Of a stretch of DNA of 64,000 nucleotides, positions 36,050-48,752 are shown one piece after another. The first letter of the stretch is position 1. Every line of letters starts with the position of its first letter. The stretch lies in contig CATNEN010000038.1 of assembly GCA_950097015.1 (NCBI GenBank), positions 2,976,001-3,040,000 on the forward strand, written 5' to 3'. Under the pieces are notes generated by a model, which was not told where the DNA came from, searched no databases, and worked only from the letters and a program-made list of their open reading frames with translations. A program made the translations under genes and the position numbers. This DNA comes from Macrostomum hystrix. Taxonomy: Eukaryota; Animalia; Platyhelminthes.

Positions 36050-37575
36050 AGGAGGTGTCTATCAGAGCCTTGGACAACTTGGTATCCGGTTGGACACACC
36101 TCGGTGGATCAACGAGGCCGTGGAGGAATCGGAGCGCTGATTGGCCCGAGACTGCAGTAGAGCTATCACTGCTCTTCCTTGTCACCCGGATGCTTCGGGT
36201 AAGTGTCCGGCTTTGCGGCCGAAATGCTCGCCTGTTCTGTGTTTTCGCGCCCCTGCCAACCCGCCCGGATGACACAGTTCTTGTCTTCGGTTCCGCGTAT
36301 CTCCGAGCGGTCGCTGTTTGTCACGCCCAACGAGAACGGCAGCACTCAATCGCTGGAGGACTCCCTGGAATGGCAGGATATGGACATCACACGCTTCCGC
36401 TCCCAGCAGGCTCGCGACTTTTGTAGGCTGCAAGAGGAGGCAGTGGAATGCGCGTTGCTGGTTTGCTACGCGAAGGCTGGCACAGTTCGACCACGTGTCG
36501 TGCGCTTCCGGCAGCGCCGCCGCGCTGTCAACTGCCTCACTATCACGCCGCTGGCTCTGCGGTCCGATCATCGGCTCCTCGTCTGCCACCCCGATCCCCT
36601 CTACCGCCCGCCGAAGCGGCTACCGCGGCGCTACTACCGCGCTCTCAAAGACGCTGGAACACACCACCCCATTGTTAGCGCTTTCAAGCGTCGAGGCGCG
36701 AGTACGCGGATGTGTGGGCTGACTGTCTATTTGCAGCAGACTGCTGTCGATGCGGTCATCCAAGCTGTCTCTGCCGCTGTGCCAGACGCCAGAGGGCGTA
36801 GTCTTAATGGCCTGGTCTGCCATTAATTGTCTGACGAGGCGGAAGCGTCGCATCCAGCTAAACCTGGCAGGTGACACTCCGGATGAGCGCAGGAACGAGC
36901 TGCGCGAGTTCTTCACCGACATTGTGAAAGCGCCATCTCCCCCGCTGCCCAGTATCCTGACGCTGCCGACAGTGTTGCCGTCGGAGGAGAGCTTCTGTGT
37001 AGCGCCAGGCATCATGGCCGATGTTTGCCCAGAAGACACGAGGCGGCAAAGCGCTTGGTCCGGACGAGGTGCCCATCGAGGCGCTGTGCATCCACTGTGT
37101 GGCCAGTCAGATCAACCGCGTGCTTTTCGATAAGACGGAGTGGTTGGCGTGGCGCACATCACCGCTATTCCTGCGAAGCCGGTCACCACACTGTTAGAGG
37201 AGCACAGAATCTGCCAGCGATCCTGCGCCACGACTCCTTCGAGACATCCTCCGGGATGCTTCAGGGAGGACACGCTAGCGCCGTTCCTATTCGTCTTGGT
37301 GCTTGACTGGTTGCATCGAAGTACTCTGTCTACAGACGACGAAGATTATTTCCTACTGCGCCGACGTCAACCGGAAAGGTGGCACGCCGTGGGCTCGCTT
37401 GCTTTCGTTCTGTGAGGGCGGTCCTGCAGTCCAAGGCCCTACCTGTTCGCCAGAGAGTGATGCTGTTCCAGGCGGTTGTCGAGACCGTCCTGCTGTCCAA
37501 AGCCGAGACCTGGACACTATCAGACTCGCTCGAACAGCAAGTAAACGTGGCGCACGCATAGATGGTTGTTCACTG
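36050..37575 (+). mobile_element. Degenerate non-LTR retrotransposon (RTE/RTEX-like) remnant with APE endonuclease and RT fragments
   Basis: Endonuclease traces NENG, FDHV, RSDHRLL; RT motif FETSSGMLQG/DTLAPFLFVLVLDW (frameshifted at ~37268); C-terminal LFQAVVETVLL..AETWTL. Multiple frameshifts and deletions. Confidence 0.8.
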
Positions 37576-37948
37576 TGCCAATAGATGATTTTGTAATGTG
37601 CCAATAGATGATCGTGTAATGTGCCAATAGATGATTGTGTAATGTGTCAATAGATAGTTGTGTACTGCGCGAATAGATGATTGTGTAATGTGCCACCAAT
37701 TGATGATCGTGTAATGTGCCAATAGATGATTGTGTAATGTGCCAATAGATGATTGTGTAATGTGCCAATAGATGATCGTGTAATGTGCCAATAGATGATT
37801 GTGTAATGTGCCAATAGATGATCGTGTAATGTGCCAATAGATGATTGTGTAATGTGCCAATAGATGATCGTGTAATGTGCCAATAGATGATTGTGTAATG
37901 TGCGTGATGATTGTGTAATGTGCCAATTGATGATTGTGTACTGTGCCT
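37575..37948. repeat. 23-bp minisatellite (TGTGCCAATAGATGATTGTGTAA)n
   Basis: Period 23 (37741, 37764). Confidence 0.95.
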
Positions 37949-38636
37949 ATAGATAATTTTATGCTAATCGATGTTTGTTACGCGGCTACAGTTTATTTAT
38001 TTATTTTGAGTGATTACGGCCAAATAATACTACTTACTAAATAATAATACTCGTATGTAAATATATATTTAACTATCTGCGATTTGAATGTTAAATTGTG
38101 CACATATTCACAGAAGAGAAAGCTACGAAAGCTCGTAGATATTTAAACTTTTTCTTCAACGCAAAATTCTAGGCAAACATTTAATTTCGAAGTACACTTC
38201 AAGCGCAGTAATAAGTTTCTATTTCACGGCCGCTAACGCCTAGCGACGTATTCTAGCAGAATTCTGCAGATATATTAATTTGACACTACCGAGATACTGA
38301 CAGTTAAAAAATGTGCTCAACATTTTCTCTTGAAAACACTGCACTTAACTTCGTGCAAAACGATAAACATAAATTTACACTGGAATGAACACCAGACTAT
38401 TTGGTCAGAGGAACTCAAAGTTACACAGGAGCTGATAATTGTTAATCGTTTTAAATAAAACTAGGCTACGCACGCATTGGACCAACAGATAAAAACAGAT
38501 AGAAAAATAAAAATGTCCACTATAAAAAAAGGAATTAAAAAAATAGGATCAAATAAACAAACTAAGGTTTTGCACGGTTCTAGCGCGGACAGATAATGAA
38601 GGCATTATTTCATCAGAGTTCAGAAATCACCATTCT

Positions 38637-39876
38637 TCAGGGCCTGCCACGCACAGTTTCAAGGAAGTCATTCCTGATCCAGATACCGTCCCAGTCAGTG
38701 AAGGTCCTCAGGTTGAGCGGAACGTTCAGGTTACCCAATGAAAACAGACTGTAATTGCGCTCTGTGAAAAAGCTGACTATTTTGTCAAAGTTCGGCGAAG
38801 TGTGAGCGGGAGCGGAACCCACCGTCTTCCAGAACTCCATCTGCACGGCCACGATCTTCTTCTCCTTGAACAGTCGCTGAGCGGTTGAAAAGAAAATGTG
38901 CTCGCTGGTCTCGATGTCGATCTTCATGACCACCAGGTTGGTCTTGACACTTGTCAGCAGATCGTCGCCCTTGCCGGTCATCACGGAGATCGTGTCTGTC
39001 ATGACGTCGCTGTTGGAATGAGCGCCGCCAACGTTGCACCAGCCAGCACCGAAGTTGAGAAACTGCAGGGACACGGAGCTGTGGAAGTACATCCACATCA
39101 GCTTCAGCTTGGGGTCGGACAACCAGTTCATGTCGTTGGCGGACATTCGGATCCTGATGAGGTTCCTGATGTTCGCGTCCACAGCCACCGTGGGGATGTC
39201 GGCCTCTCTGGCCTGCAGGCTGTAAACGCCGATGTTGCAGCCGATGTCCATGAAGGTGACGGATCCGGCGGGGAACTTCCTTGCGATCGACAGCGTCACT
39301 GCCACTTGGCCGGCTTCCCAATTGTGCGAGGATATCACACTGTTTGACACAATGTCCCCTACTGGGTAGGTGTAGATGATCACATTTTTCAGTGCGCTTC
39401 ACTGCGCTTCTGATGAAAGTTCTTACAGCCGTCTTGTTGAGCCTCTTCAGCAGCTGGATCGGCAGGTTTCCGCTGATCTCGCAGGGTGGAAACATATTAT
39501 TGACCATTGTGTAGGCGACCTGGTCTTGACACAGTCGCTCAGTCAGTGCCGGGTGCTGAAAGTTGATGCCCCTGAGCTCCCAGTAGCCCGGGCAGGCCTG
39601 GGCCGCGGCCGGAGGCGAGCCTTTTTTCTCCTCAAACAGTTTGTCTAACTCCGAAACTACCTTGACTTCTTCTACGTTGACTACCATGCTGGCCTTCGTA
39701 GGTTGAACCTTTTCTACCTCCGGTGGAGGTTTAGGCTGGTTGGGTTGGGCTTTTTCGGCCAGTTTAATTGGTAGCTGCAGGGACAACTGGTTCTTATAAA
39801 CCAGTAGCATAACAGCGGCGGCGGTCACCACACTAATCAAGGCGAAAAGCTGAGTCTGCTTGGAAGTAATCGCCAT
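38637..39876 (-). pseudogene. FkbM-family methyltransferase copy 2, frameshifted at ~39385-39410
   Basis: The N-terminal half (anchor, CPGYWELRG, PPCEI) is in ORF 38785-39876 and the catalytic half (DIGCNIG, KIDIETSE) is in ORF 38637-39383. There are 13 nt where copy 4 has 9 nt. Confidence 0.75.
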
Positions 39877-42699
39877 GTTAGTATGTCTGCAGCTCGCTTA
39901 TTTTAGTACAATGATCAAGCGTCTCTTATTGAAGCTGATGGTTCCCAAAAGTTTTATTTGACAGTTTAAATAGCTTTCGCTTCTTGCGTGGGGCTGGGCA
40001 GTGCTTTTTCAACCACTGCTCAAGGGTAGAGAGATGGAGCGGCTGTGGCATCCGTAGATTGGCTGTGCTCAGGGAAGATGTCGCCACAATAATGTACGCT
40101 CTCTGCGCACTCTCCATGGAGGTTGTCACTCCTCCCTGTGTGGCCCCCCATTCTCTCTCTGTCCTTCTCATGACTTTCCCGCACACTCAGGACTGGCAAC
40201 CAGTGGGTCTTCTCAGCTGCTATGCCCTCTGGGGTGGTCGTTTGGGAAAGGCTCAGCTATCGTCACCTCCTCTATTCTAGATTCTCGGTATGTATTCTAG
40301 GCATGTACACTGGGCCAAGCCATCCTGAGCTGTGCTCTAGTATGCATCTTTCTACGTTACATTGCAACGCTGCACAAGCTGTGTATATTTCAGACCTATT
40401 CTCTTTTGAATTGAATGAGTGTGATTGCTGTGCGATTGTGCGAACCTTGGGGGCTTACTAAGAGAGGCAGAACTAGGCATTTGCCTGGCACTAAAACACA
40501 ACAATTTTTAAGTATTTTCTAAAACCTTTTTTCAACCATTAGGTGAAGGAGGTAACATGAGTCTCACTCATATGAAAATAGAATTTGCCAAAAGTGCAGA
40601 ACTTTTTACGGTTATTTTTTTCTTTCTGTTGTAGGGCTCTTCTAATTATCTTACAGCTGCCACCACGTTGTCGTAGGGCTCCTTCCTCTTTGGGTTTATA
40701 TACCACCGATACTCCTTTATTAAATATTAACAATTGCTTATTTCATACCTTGACTTAATCCTTGAAATAACTCTTAGTTTCCTTTGTCTATGACTTAGTT
40801 ATTCTTCATAGGCTATGTATCCTCTTATTTCAGATGCATAAATTGCTTCAATTGGCCAGATAGGCTGCTTTCCTTCCCAAAATTTGGTAGCGTTCTCACG
40901 AGTGTCCGAGCGGCAAGACACTTCTTCCTCTCCTTACTTACTCACAACTGTCTGGCTCTCTGGTTTGTTCCCAGTCTTTCAAGGCTTCCAATGGACTGAA
41001 GTTGCCCAACTTTGCACACAGTGCTTTTCCACCAATCGGGATTTACCCTTCTTTTCTTTAGTTTTTACACTCCACTGCTTTTTATGACTATTCCCTTCTT
41101 TATTCTTTCGAATATTCCTGGCTTGTGTATTAACACGGACATGCTTTTCTCCTCTCTGAAAAAATTGAAAAGCACTTTGAGATTTATTCTCCTTTATTGC
41201 ACTCCGAACTGGGCACGGGGCACCGGTTGGTTTTTCTAGGGCTAAATTGCGGCTATTTTTATACAAAAATTGGGGGTGGATGACACAGTGTATTAAAACA
41301 AAGAATAAAATCGGGAAAAAGCATTTGGCGGGGATTCAAGTTATAAATCTACGGTAAATTTGGGCCTGCCTCATTTCCTTTTATCCTCGTTACTCTCATT
41401 TTTTAGTCCAATCATTATAAGCTCTGAAAGAATATTTTAAGAAAAAATCGGCACCCCTTTTATTGCGTTCGCAGTTGATTAAAGAAAATAATTCATTTTA
41501 TTTATCTGGGGCTAAAATGCCTATATATAAGCCTCAGAAAATGGAATTGTTTTACTATAAAATTACCATAATAGTGTTACTAGTGTTACTAGTGTTAATT
41601 TATGGTCGAGTATTTGATTTAAAAAATGTTTAAAGACCCTAAGACTAGGCTCAGGTCTTTCTGAGTGGATAAGAAATGTGATTTTTACACGTATTTTTAG
41701 TAGTTATTAGCAGGCAGGTTGGCTCAGGCAAGCATCCTGCTTTGCCAATGTTATTTTATGTATGTTTGTATGAATTAAGAAAATTTAAGTATCCAATTTA
41801 TAGTATAAATTATTAGGGCAGTTTTAAATTGGTACGTAAGCGAAAAAACGAAAGCCAGAACGAGCATTTAATCATTACGAATAATTTGATATTTTTACGA
41901 GTATTAAAAAAGGCAAAACGTAATAGTTCACCGCACGCACGAACATAGGGAATGAGGGAAAAGCTAGAGGGGTAAAATTAAGTCTAAGCAATCCAAATAA
42001 TGATTATCAAGCAATTAAAATATATTTATTTGACTTCTTATCACGAGGTGGTCAAGTAAAAAAGTACGAGTTAAATAATCTTGTAGGTCAAAAAAATGAG
42101 TAAGTTAAAATTTAATTTATGTAGTGGGCCAACTTTAAATTCGTATTAATAGTTTAATTTACGAAATGCTTTATGATAGAAGTGGTTTTACTATGCAAAA
42201 TATCCTCAATATAATTTGTTTTAAAATTCAAAATTATTTCAAAATAGTTTCTAAATCATTTCTAAATCATTTCTAAATAATTTCTAAATGTCAAAATTGA
42301 CGAAATGTCTAATTGAAAAAACTTGCTAATATAGTATGAATACTGATACAAGCCATTTAGCGAACTAAGAATACAAGCAAATTAAGAGCTTGAGAAGGAG
42401 TTGTTTATTTTATAAGGGAGAAATATTTCGTTTGAGAAGTTTCATTCAGTCAAATAGAGACTGAATTGTCGTGACCATCTGAGTCATTGGAACACCTTAT
42501 TGGACTGAGTGCCAATAAGTGTGAACAGTGCCTGAAACCGCTTGTGCCGAGTGAACTTTGCCGCGAACTCCATAAACCACAAAGTATCACAAATATCATT
42601 TTGGTTTTACGAAATGGGCTACTGCGAAGCCCATAAGCCACAGAAAGAATTTATGAAATAACCGGCCGGTGCCGCGAAATAGTTTATGCAATAAACACC

Positions 42700-43219
42700 C
42701 TGATCGGGAGAATAGCACAAGGGAAGCCGGATAATATTTGGCTCCTTGCTTGGTCTCCAGCGTGAAGTAGAAAAATCTCAAATACTCGTTCAGCATTGTC
42801 GACTCCATGGTAACCAGATCGGCCGTGCTGGTCTTGTTTCGAACAAACCCCGCAAAGCGGCCTCCATGCTCGTACATCTGCTCTCGACTTGTACGGGGCA
42901 AAGCCTGCAGCACAGCCGTATCCATTGCGGATACGTCAGCCGAAGTAATGTCTTTAGACGTTACACTCACATCGGCCGAATTGCATGGTTTGTTCCGCAT
43001 GAGATCCTCGGGGCAAGCCTCTTCTTCGCTTGGCAGTGGTGGCAGAGCATCATCGTTACCGCATTCAATGAATCGTATGAACTCCATCAACTCTTCGTCA
43101 TTCGCCTCGTCACGTCCACCCGTACTCAAGTCGCTGAGAAAGTTGACCTCATTTCCATTCAAGCCGTCAATGCATTCAATCGGCAAATTCCACCAATTTA
43201 TCATTCGTATGAGTGGCAT
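42700..43219 (-). mobile_element. Crypton / DUF3504 (ZMYM-QRICH1-KCTD1-type) tyrosine-recombinase N-terminal remnant
   Basis: DLVTMESTMLNEYLRFFYFTLETKQGAKYYPASL fits the L..yL..Fy...r.k.G..Y.p.SL pattern preceding DUF3504. Similarity stops right after it; AT-rich surroundings. Confidence 0.55.
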
Positions 43220-44158
43220 GAATAGATGTTAAAACAGGAACATGTATCCTCTGCTGCGGAGTTCCAGCTTATAAGGCCACTTGTAACTTCATTTAACATG
43301 TTTCGTCTATGGTAATTTCAGACTGCTCCGCTTAACTTTCGTTCCACTTTACTCCACAAATTTTTCGCTCCAAACGTTTAGTCTATGGCCATGATTTAGC
43401 TTGCGCCATGTGGAAAATGCCTATAACACAAATCCCTAGAATCACAAAGTGAACAATTCCCGTCTGGAAAGTTGTGTCCTAGCCGTTTTGAATTGGCTTT
43501 TGGACGAAAATAGACACAATTCCACTATCGAGAGGTCACGCTTCACACACAACTGCCTTAGCGTCGAGGCCGGTAGGCATGTAATCATACATTTTATTGT
43601 ATTGCATTTAGTTTTGTTGCTAATAGTTAAATTTACCGATAAAAAACAACACCAACGAAAATTGGTCAAATTTCAAAACACTTCTAGAAATTTATTCTCG
43701 CAACATTTTCTCGGACTGAGGAAAAAATACTAAGAAAATGAATCGATCATCTAATGAAGTGAGGCTATAGTGAGCAATGATAGGTCGATCATTGCTTGTG
43801 TACCAACGGCTGGTGTAACTACAACCAGATTTTGTTACACAGAAGGCATAACAAACAAAGCAATAGCAATTGCTAAAGCAATAGCAGGAGTATTTTAAAA
43901 AATGCTCAAAAGAGGCTGTTTAAATATTCACGACTAAAATATTCTTCATGGGCAGAATTGCATTCCTTAACGACATGCACCCTTCATCTAAATGAAAAGC
44001 GCAGTCATGAGCTAGATTCGAAATATTTTTTTTCTGCGTTTTCTAACAAAAATATATGAAAAAAGTCAAATGGATTAATAAAATTGTAAAGGACTTTTTC
44101 ACACCAGATTTCAATATCTGAAAAGATATAAAAAACAATGAATGGTCAATCCTCAGTT

Positions 44159-45376
44159 TCAATAACCGCGCACTTCTTTGAGAAAGTCGTTCCTGACCCA
44201 GATGCCGTCCCACTCTCGCACGTCCTTCGTCAGGTCCACCGGTTGGTGCAGGCTGGTGAGGGGGTACAGGGTGTAGCTGCGCTTGGTGAAAAAGTCGACA
44301 ATCTTGGCGAAGGAGGGCGACATGGAGGCGGGCATTGCGGCGTCGGGGCGGAAGAACTCCATCTGGACCGACACGATCTTTCTCTCACTGAACAGCCGCT
44401 CGCCAGTGGAGAAGAAGATGTGCTCGCTGGTCTCGATGTCGATCTTCATGACCACCAGGTCCGTGGTTACGCTGCTCAGAAGGTCATCGGCCCTGCCGGT
44501 CATCACGGGGATCGTGTCGGTCATGACATCCTTGTTGATCGTGGCTCCGCCAACATTGCACGTAGAAGTGCCGAAGTTGAGGTACTGCAGGGACACGGAG
44601 CTGTGGAAGTACATCCACATCAGCTTCAGCTTGGGGTCGGAGTGCCAGTTCATATCGTTGGCTGACATTCGAATTCTGGCTAGGTTCCTGATGTTTGCGT
44701 CCACAGCCACCGTCGGTATACCGGCATCCCTGGCCTGCAGTGTGTAGGATCCGATGTTGCAGCCGATGTCCATGAAGGTGACGGAGTCGGTGCGAAACTT
44801 CTTGACAATCGACAGGGTGAAGGTGACCTGCTCTCTCTCCCAATTGTGAGATGAAATAAGACCGTCGGACACAATGTCTCCAACGGGATAGGTGTAGATC
44901 GTGACTAGTCTGGCGGTCATTGCACTGATAATGTATGTTTTCACAGCCGTCCTGTTGACGCTGCTCAGCAGCTGGGCCGGCAAATGCTCGCTGATCTCAC
45001 ATGGAGGATATCTATTGTTAAGCTTCTCGTAGGCCACCTGGTTCTTACACAGTCGCTGAGCCAACTCTCGGTGCTGAAAGTTGACTCCTCTGAGCTCCCA
45101 GTAGCCCGGGCAGGCAGACGAGGAATTTGAGTCATTATTATGCTGCGCGAACAACTTGTTGAGCTCATCCTCCGAATCTTGCGGCTGGACCCTGGGCCGG
45201 CCATTGTTAGTGCTTTGGGCTGGTCTGGGCTTACTATCGGCATCGGATTTCACGATCAGCCGAGCCAGCTTGTGTGAAGGCTGTTGATTGCTGTAAATAT
45301 ATAATAGCAGGCCCGTCCCAATGGCTACTGTAGCGATCATGGCATACAGCATTGTCTGCTTCGTGTGAAGCGTCAT
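44159..45376 (-). CDS. FkbM-family methyltransferase copy 3, type II membrane protein (~405 aa)
   Basis: Anchor MLYAMIATVAIGTGLLLYIY; DIGCNIG; KIDIETSE; VQMEF. Intronless. Likely ATG at 45376 (MTLHTKQ). Confidence 0.88.
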   Translation of the reverse strand: MTLHTKQTMLYAMIATVAIGTGLLLYIYSNQQPSHKLARLIVKSDADSKPRPAQSTNNGRPRVQPQDSEDELNKLFAQHNNDSNSSSACPGYWELRGVNFQHRELAQRLCKNQVAYEKLNNRYPPCEISEHLPAQLLSSVNRTAVKTYIISAMTARLVTIYTYPVGDIVSDGLISSHNWEREQVTFTLSIVKKFRTDSVTFMDIGCNIGSYTLQARDAGIPTVAVDANIRNLARIRMSANDMNWHSDPKLKLMWMYFHSSVSLQYLNFGTSTCNVGGATINKDVMTDTIPVMTGRADDLLSSVTTDLVVMKIDIETSEHIFFSTGERLFSERKIVSVQMEFFRPDAAMPASMSPSFAKIVDFFTKRSYTLYPLTSLHQPVDLTKDVREWDGIWVRNDFLKEVRGY

Positions 45377-46179
45377 TCTTTGGCACCGAGGATCAGAGAA
45401 GCCGCCTTGAGGGCTGTCAAAATATTGTTTAGTTAGCAAGGTTTTGCCAGAACTAGGTGAAGTAAGTGCTAGCCTGCTTCTAATTCAAAAGCTTGTGCAA
45501 AGTAAAGAGAGTTGGAAACAAAACAGACAAGTCCCGCTGCTGCTGTATTGGCTGCCACACACTGTTCAAGACCTGCCTCCAGCCAATGCTCTCAGATGAT
45601 ATTATATTCCTACCCCATCTCGGGTACTCAAGCATGGACTCACCCAAGCCCTGCCCTCTGTCTGTGTTGCCTGTGTGAGCTCACAATCTGACGTACTCGC
45701 CTCAGAACCCCAGTCCGGCCTCAGAGGTCTCAGCCATTGTGTCAACCGCCCCACACCTGTCCTGGCGCGCTTGTATTAGCCTGTACATTCGCCGTGTACA
45801 TTCAGGCTCATTGTTTTAGCCGAGGCAGTGTACCGTGACTCCACTGTGCATGGGAGAGTAAGGAAAACACCTCCACTAGCTGGTACGCATTCGTTAGCAG
45901 CATTTTTCATTTGCTTGCAGTCCGTTTCATTTTCTCGTTACGGGCTAATATGAGCTGGCTAAAACAATAAGATGTAAGATTCTTCAGTTGTGTGAGGAGC
46001 TCGTAGTGTGAAATGAAATTGTGTTTTTACTTATTTCAGAACAGTAGTATGATACGAAAATTATTTTTTTTTTGTTTCAATAAAACCGATGTATATTTTA
46101 GCATGGGGTTTTTTAAAAGAACTCACAAGGTTGGGAAAATGACAAAGGTGCATAAAGTGGGAGATAAGAGAGTGGTAAA

Positions 46180-47470
46180 AGACAGCGGGGGCATGGGAGA
46201 GGGGAAATGACAGCGGGGATGGGAGAGGGGAAATGACAGCGGGGATGGGAGAGGGGAAATGACAGCGGGGATGGGAGAGGGGAGATGACAGCGGGGATGG
46301 GAGAGGGGAGATGACAGCGGGGATGGGAGAGGAGAGATGACAGTATGGGGATGGGAGAGGGGAGATGACAGCGGGGATGGGAGAGGGGACATGACAGTAT
46401 GGGGATGGGAGAGGGGACATGACAGTATGGGGATGGGAGAGTGGAAAATGACAGTGGTGGATGGGAGATGGGAGATGACAGTATGGGGATGGGAGAGGGG
46501 AGATGACAGCGGGGATGGGAGAGGGGAGATGACAGTATGGGGATGGGAGAGGGGAGATGACAGTATGGGAATGGGAGAGGGGAGATGACAGCGGGGATGG
46601 GAGAGGGGAGATGACAGTATGGGGATGGGAGAGGGGAGATGACAGTGGGGATGGGAGAGGGGAGATGACAGTATGGAGATGGGAGAGGGGAGATGACAGT
46701 ATGGGGATGGGAGAGGGGAGATGACAGTATGGGGATGGGAGAGGGGAGATGACAGTATGGGGATGGGAGAGGGGAGATGACAGTGGGGATGGGAGAGGGG
46801 AGATGACAGTATGGAGATGGGAGAGGGGAGATGACAGTATGGGGATGGGAGAGGGGAGATGACAGTATGGGGATGGGAGAGGGGAGATGACAGTGGGGAT
46901 GGGAGAGGGGAGATGACAGTATGGAGATGGGAGAGGGGAGATGACAGTATGGGGATGGGAGAGGGGACATGACAGTATGGGGATGGGAGAGGGGAGATGA
47001 CAGTATGGGGATGGGAGATGGGAGATGACAGTATGGGGATGGGAGAGGGGAGATGACAGCGGGGATGGGAGAGGGGAGATGACAGTATGGGGATGGGAGA
47101 GGGGAGATGACAGCGGGGATGGGAGAGGGGAGATGACAGTATGGGGATGGGAGAGGGGAGATGACAGTATGGGAATGGGAGAGGGGAGATGACAGCGGGG
47201 ATGGGAGAGGGGAGATGACAGTATGGGGATGGGAGAGGGGAGATGACAGTGGGGATGGGAGAGGGGAGATGACAGTATGGAGATGGGAGAGGGGAGATGA
47301 CAGCGGGGATGGGAGAGGGGAGATGACAGTATGGGGATGGGAGAGGGGAGATGACAGTATGGGGATGGGAGAGGGGAGATGACAGTATGGGGATGGGAGA
47401 GGGGAGATGACAGTATGGGGATGGGAGAGGGGAGATGACAGTATGGGGATGGGAGAGGAGAGATGACAGA
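46180..47470. repeat. 26/28-bp G-rich polypurine minisatellite (GGGGATGGGAGAGGGGAGATGACAGTAT)n
   Basis: About 47 units with three G-runs each. Confidence 0.97.
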
Positions 47471-47619
47471 GGATTTCATGACTTTCATGACAAAAATGAA
47501 GCAATGGGGGCAGTAGTTGAATATAAGCAGTCAAGAATGCCGCACACTGAGCAACCCAGATACATTGTAAAGTGCAGTGAACTGCTTCGCAGTTATTTGC
47601 TTATGCTTTGTTAACCTAT

Positions 47620-47930
47620 GTTGCAGCCTAGTGGTTAGGGCGTTGGACTCACGATTTGAAGGTCGGGGGTTCGATTCCCGACACCACTGGAACAATTTGT
47701 GTCCTTTAGCAAGACACTAAACTCTGCATTGCTTCAGTTCACCCAGCTGTTAAATGGGAGCCAGGTGGAATAATTGGGATAACTGGAATAATGGAATGGT
47801 GTGGCGTCCCCCAGTCCATGAACTGAACTACGAGTATTGCACGCAGCCTTCAGATGCGCCGCGCATTAGCTGTCGGCTGCACATCTGGCCCAATTGGCGC
47901 AGGTTTAATAAATTAATCAATAATTAATTG
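47620..47930 (+). mobile_element. tRNA-headed SINE with a CORE-like central domain (family B)
   Basis: A-box region GCCTAGTGGTTAGGGC; B-box GGTTCGATTCCC; then TGTGTCCTTTAGCAAGACACTAAACTCTGCATTGCTTCAGTTCACCCAGCTGTTAAATGGG, resembling the CORE/MIR domain; AT-rich tail. Confidence 0.7.
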
Positions 47931-48752
47931 TTACGCAAGTTGTATTTTAACTGAAGTTTCAAGTTAAATGGTTTGTCAGAGAATAACGCAAACACAGCAT
48001 GGCGAGGATTCGCTGATATTGTGTTAGGATTTGGACTTAAGCCGTACCTGCATTTGAGGAGTACAAAGTCGTCTGTTTCTCGCAATTTCGACTTGAATCA
48101 ACAAATCAAATAAGCAGGAAATTTAGAGTAGACACAAGGGATTATAACTCGTTACTGTTGATAAGTACAGTAGTTTGAAATTGTGAACCGATTCGAAAAA
48201 TAGTCAATGTTTGATTGGCGGAATGGACAAGCTGTTGATAAACAGAATTAAAAAAAAGAGAGATTTAATTAGTTAACAATCAATATAACAAATAATTATT
48301 TTACTATCTTCCATTTGCTAAAATATAATAACAATAAAATTGTTAAATAATAGTTACAGGGTCTTTCTAGTCTAAAAGTTCAACTAATACGTCACCAGCA
48401 TCAATAGGTCGGAAAAAGCTGCAATTCTTTGACAATGGAGCAACAGCAGACGCATGATCTCACTTGAGAATTATCTCATATCGTATCGAAGAAATAAAAT
48501 CGATGCAAATTCTATTTAACGTCGACCTTAAAAAATTGCAACTAAATAAAAAAACAATAGGAAGGAGACATATTTCTGCTTGAAAAGCAGGCGATATTTT
48601 GGCAAACAAGTCTGAGGACCCTTCGCTAGCATTCAAATAGCACAATTTCAGACGCATAAATTCTGAGTTAAAAATTGAGTTAAGTAGTTAAGGACTCGCT
48701 TCCGCACTGACTACTCCCACAACCATATTACATAGCTTCCTGAGACAGTGGC

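Noticed and set aside
46061-47534. Pro/Ser/His-rich 475 aa ORFs; likewise 4133-5057 and 52691-53767
   Set aside because: Minisatellite translations open in several frames.
47620-47690. Functional tRNA gene
   Set aside because: A and B boxes are present but the acceptor stem pairs poorly and the sequence runs into a SINE body.
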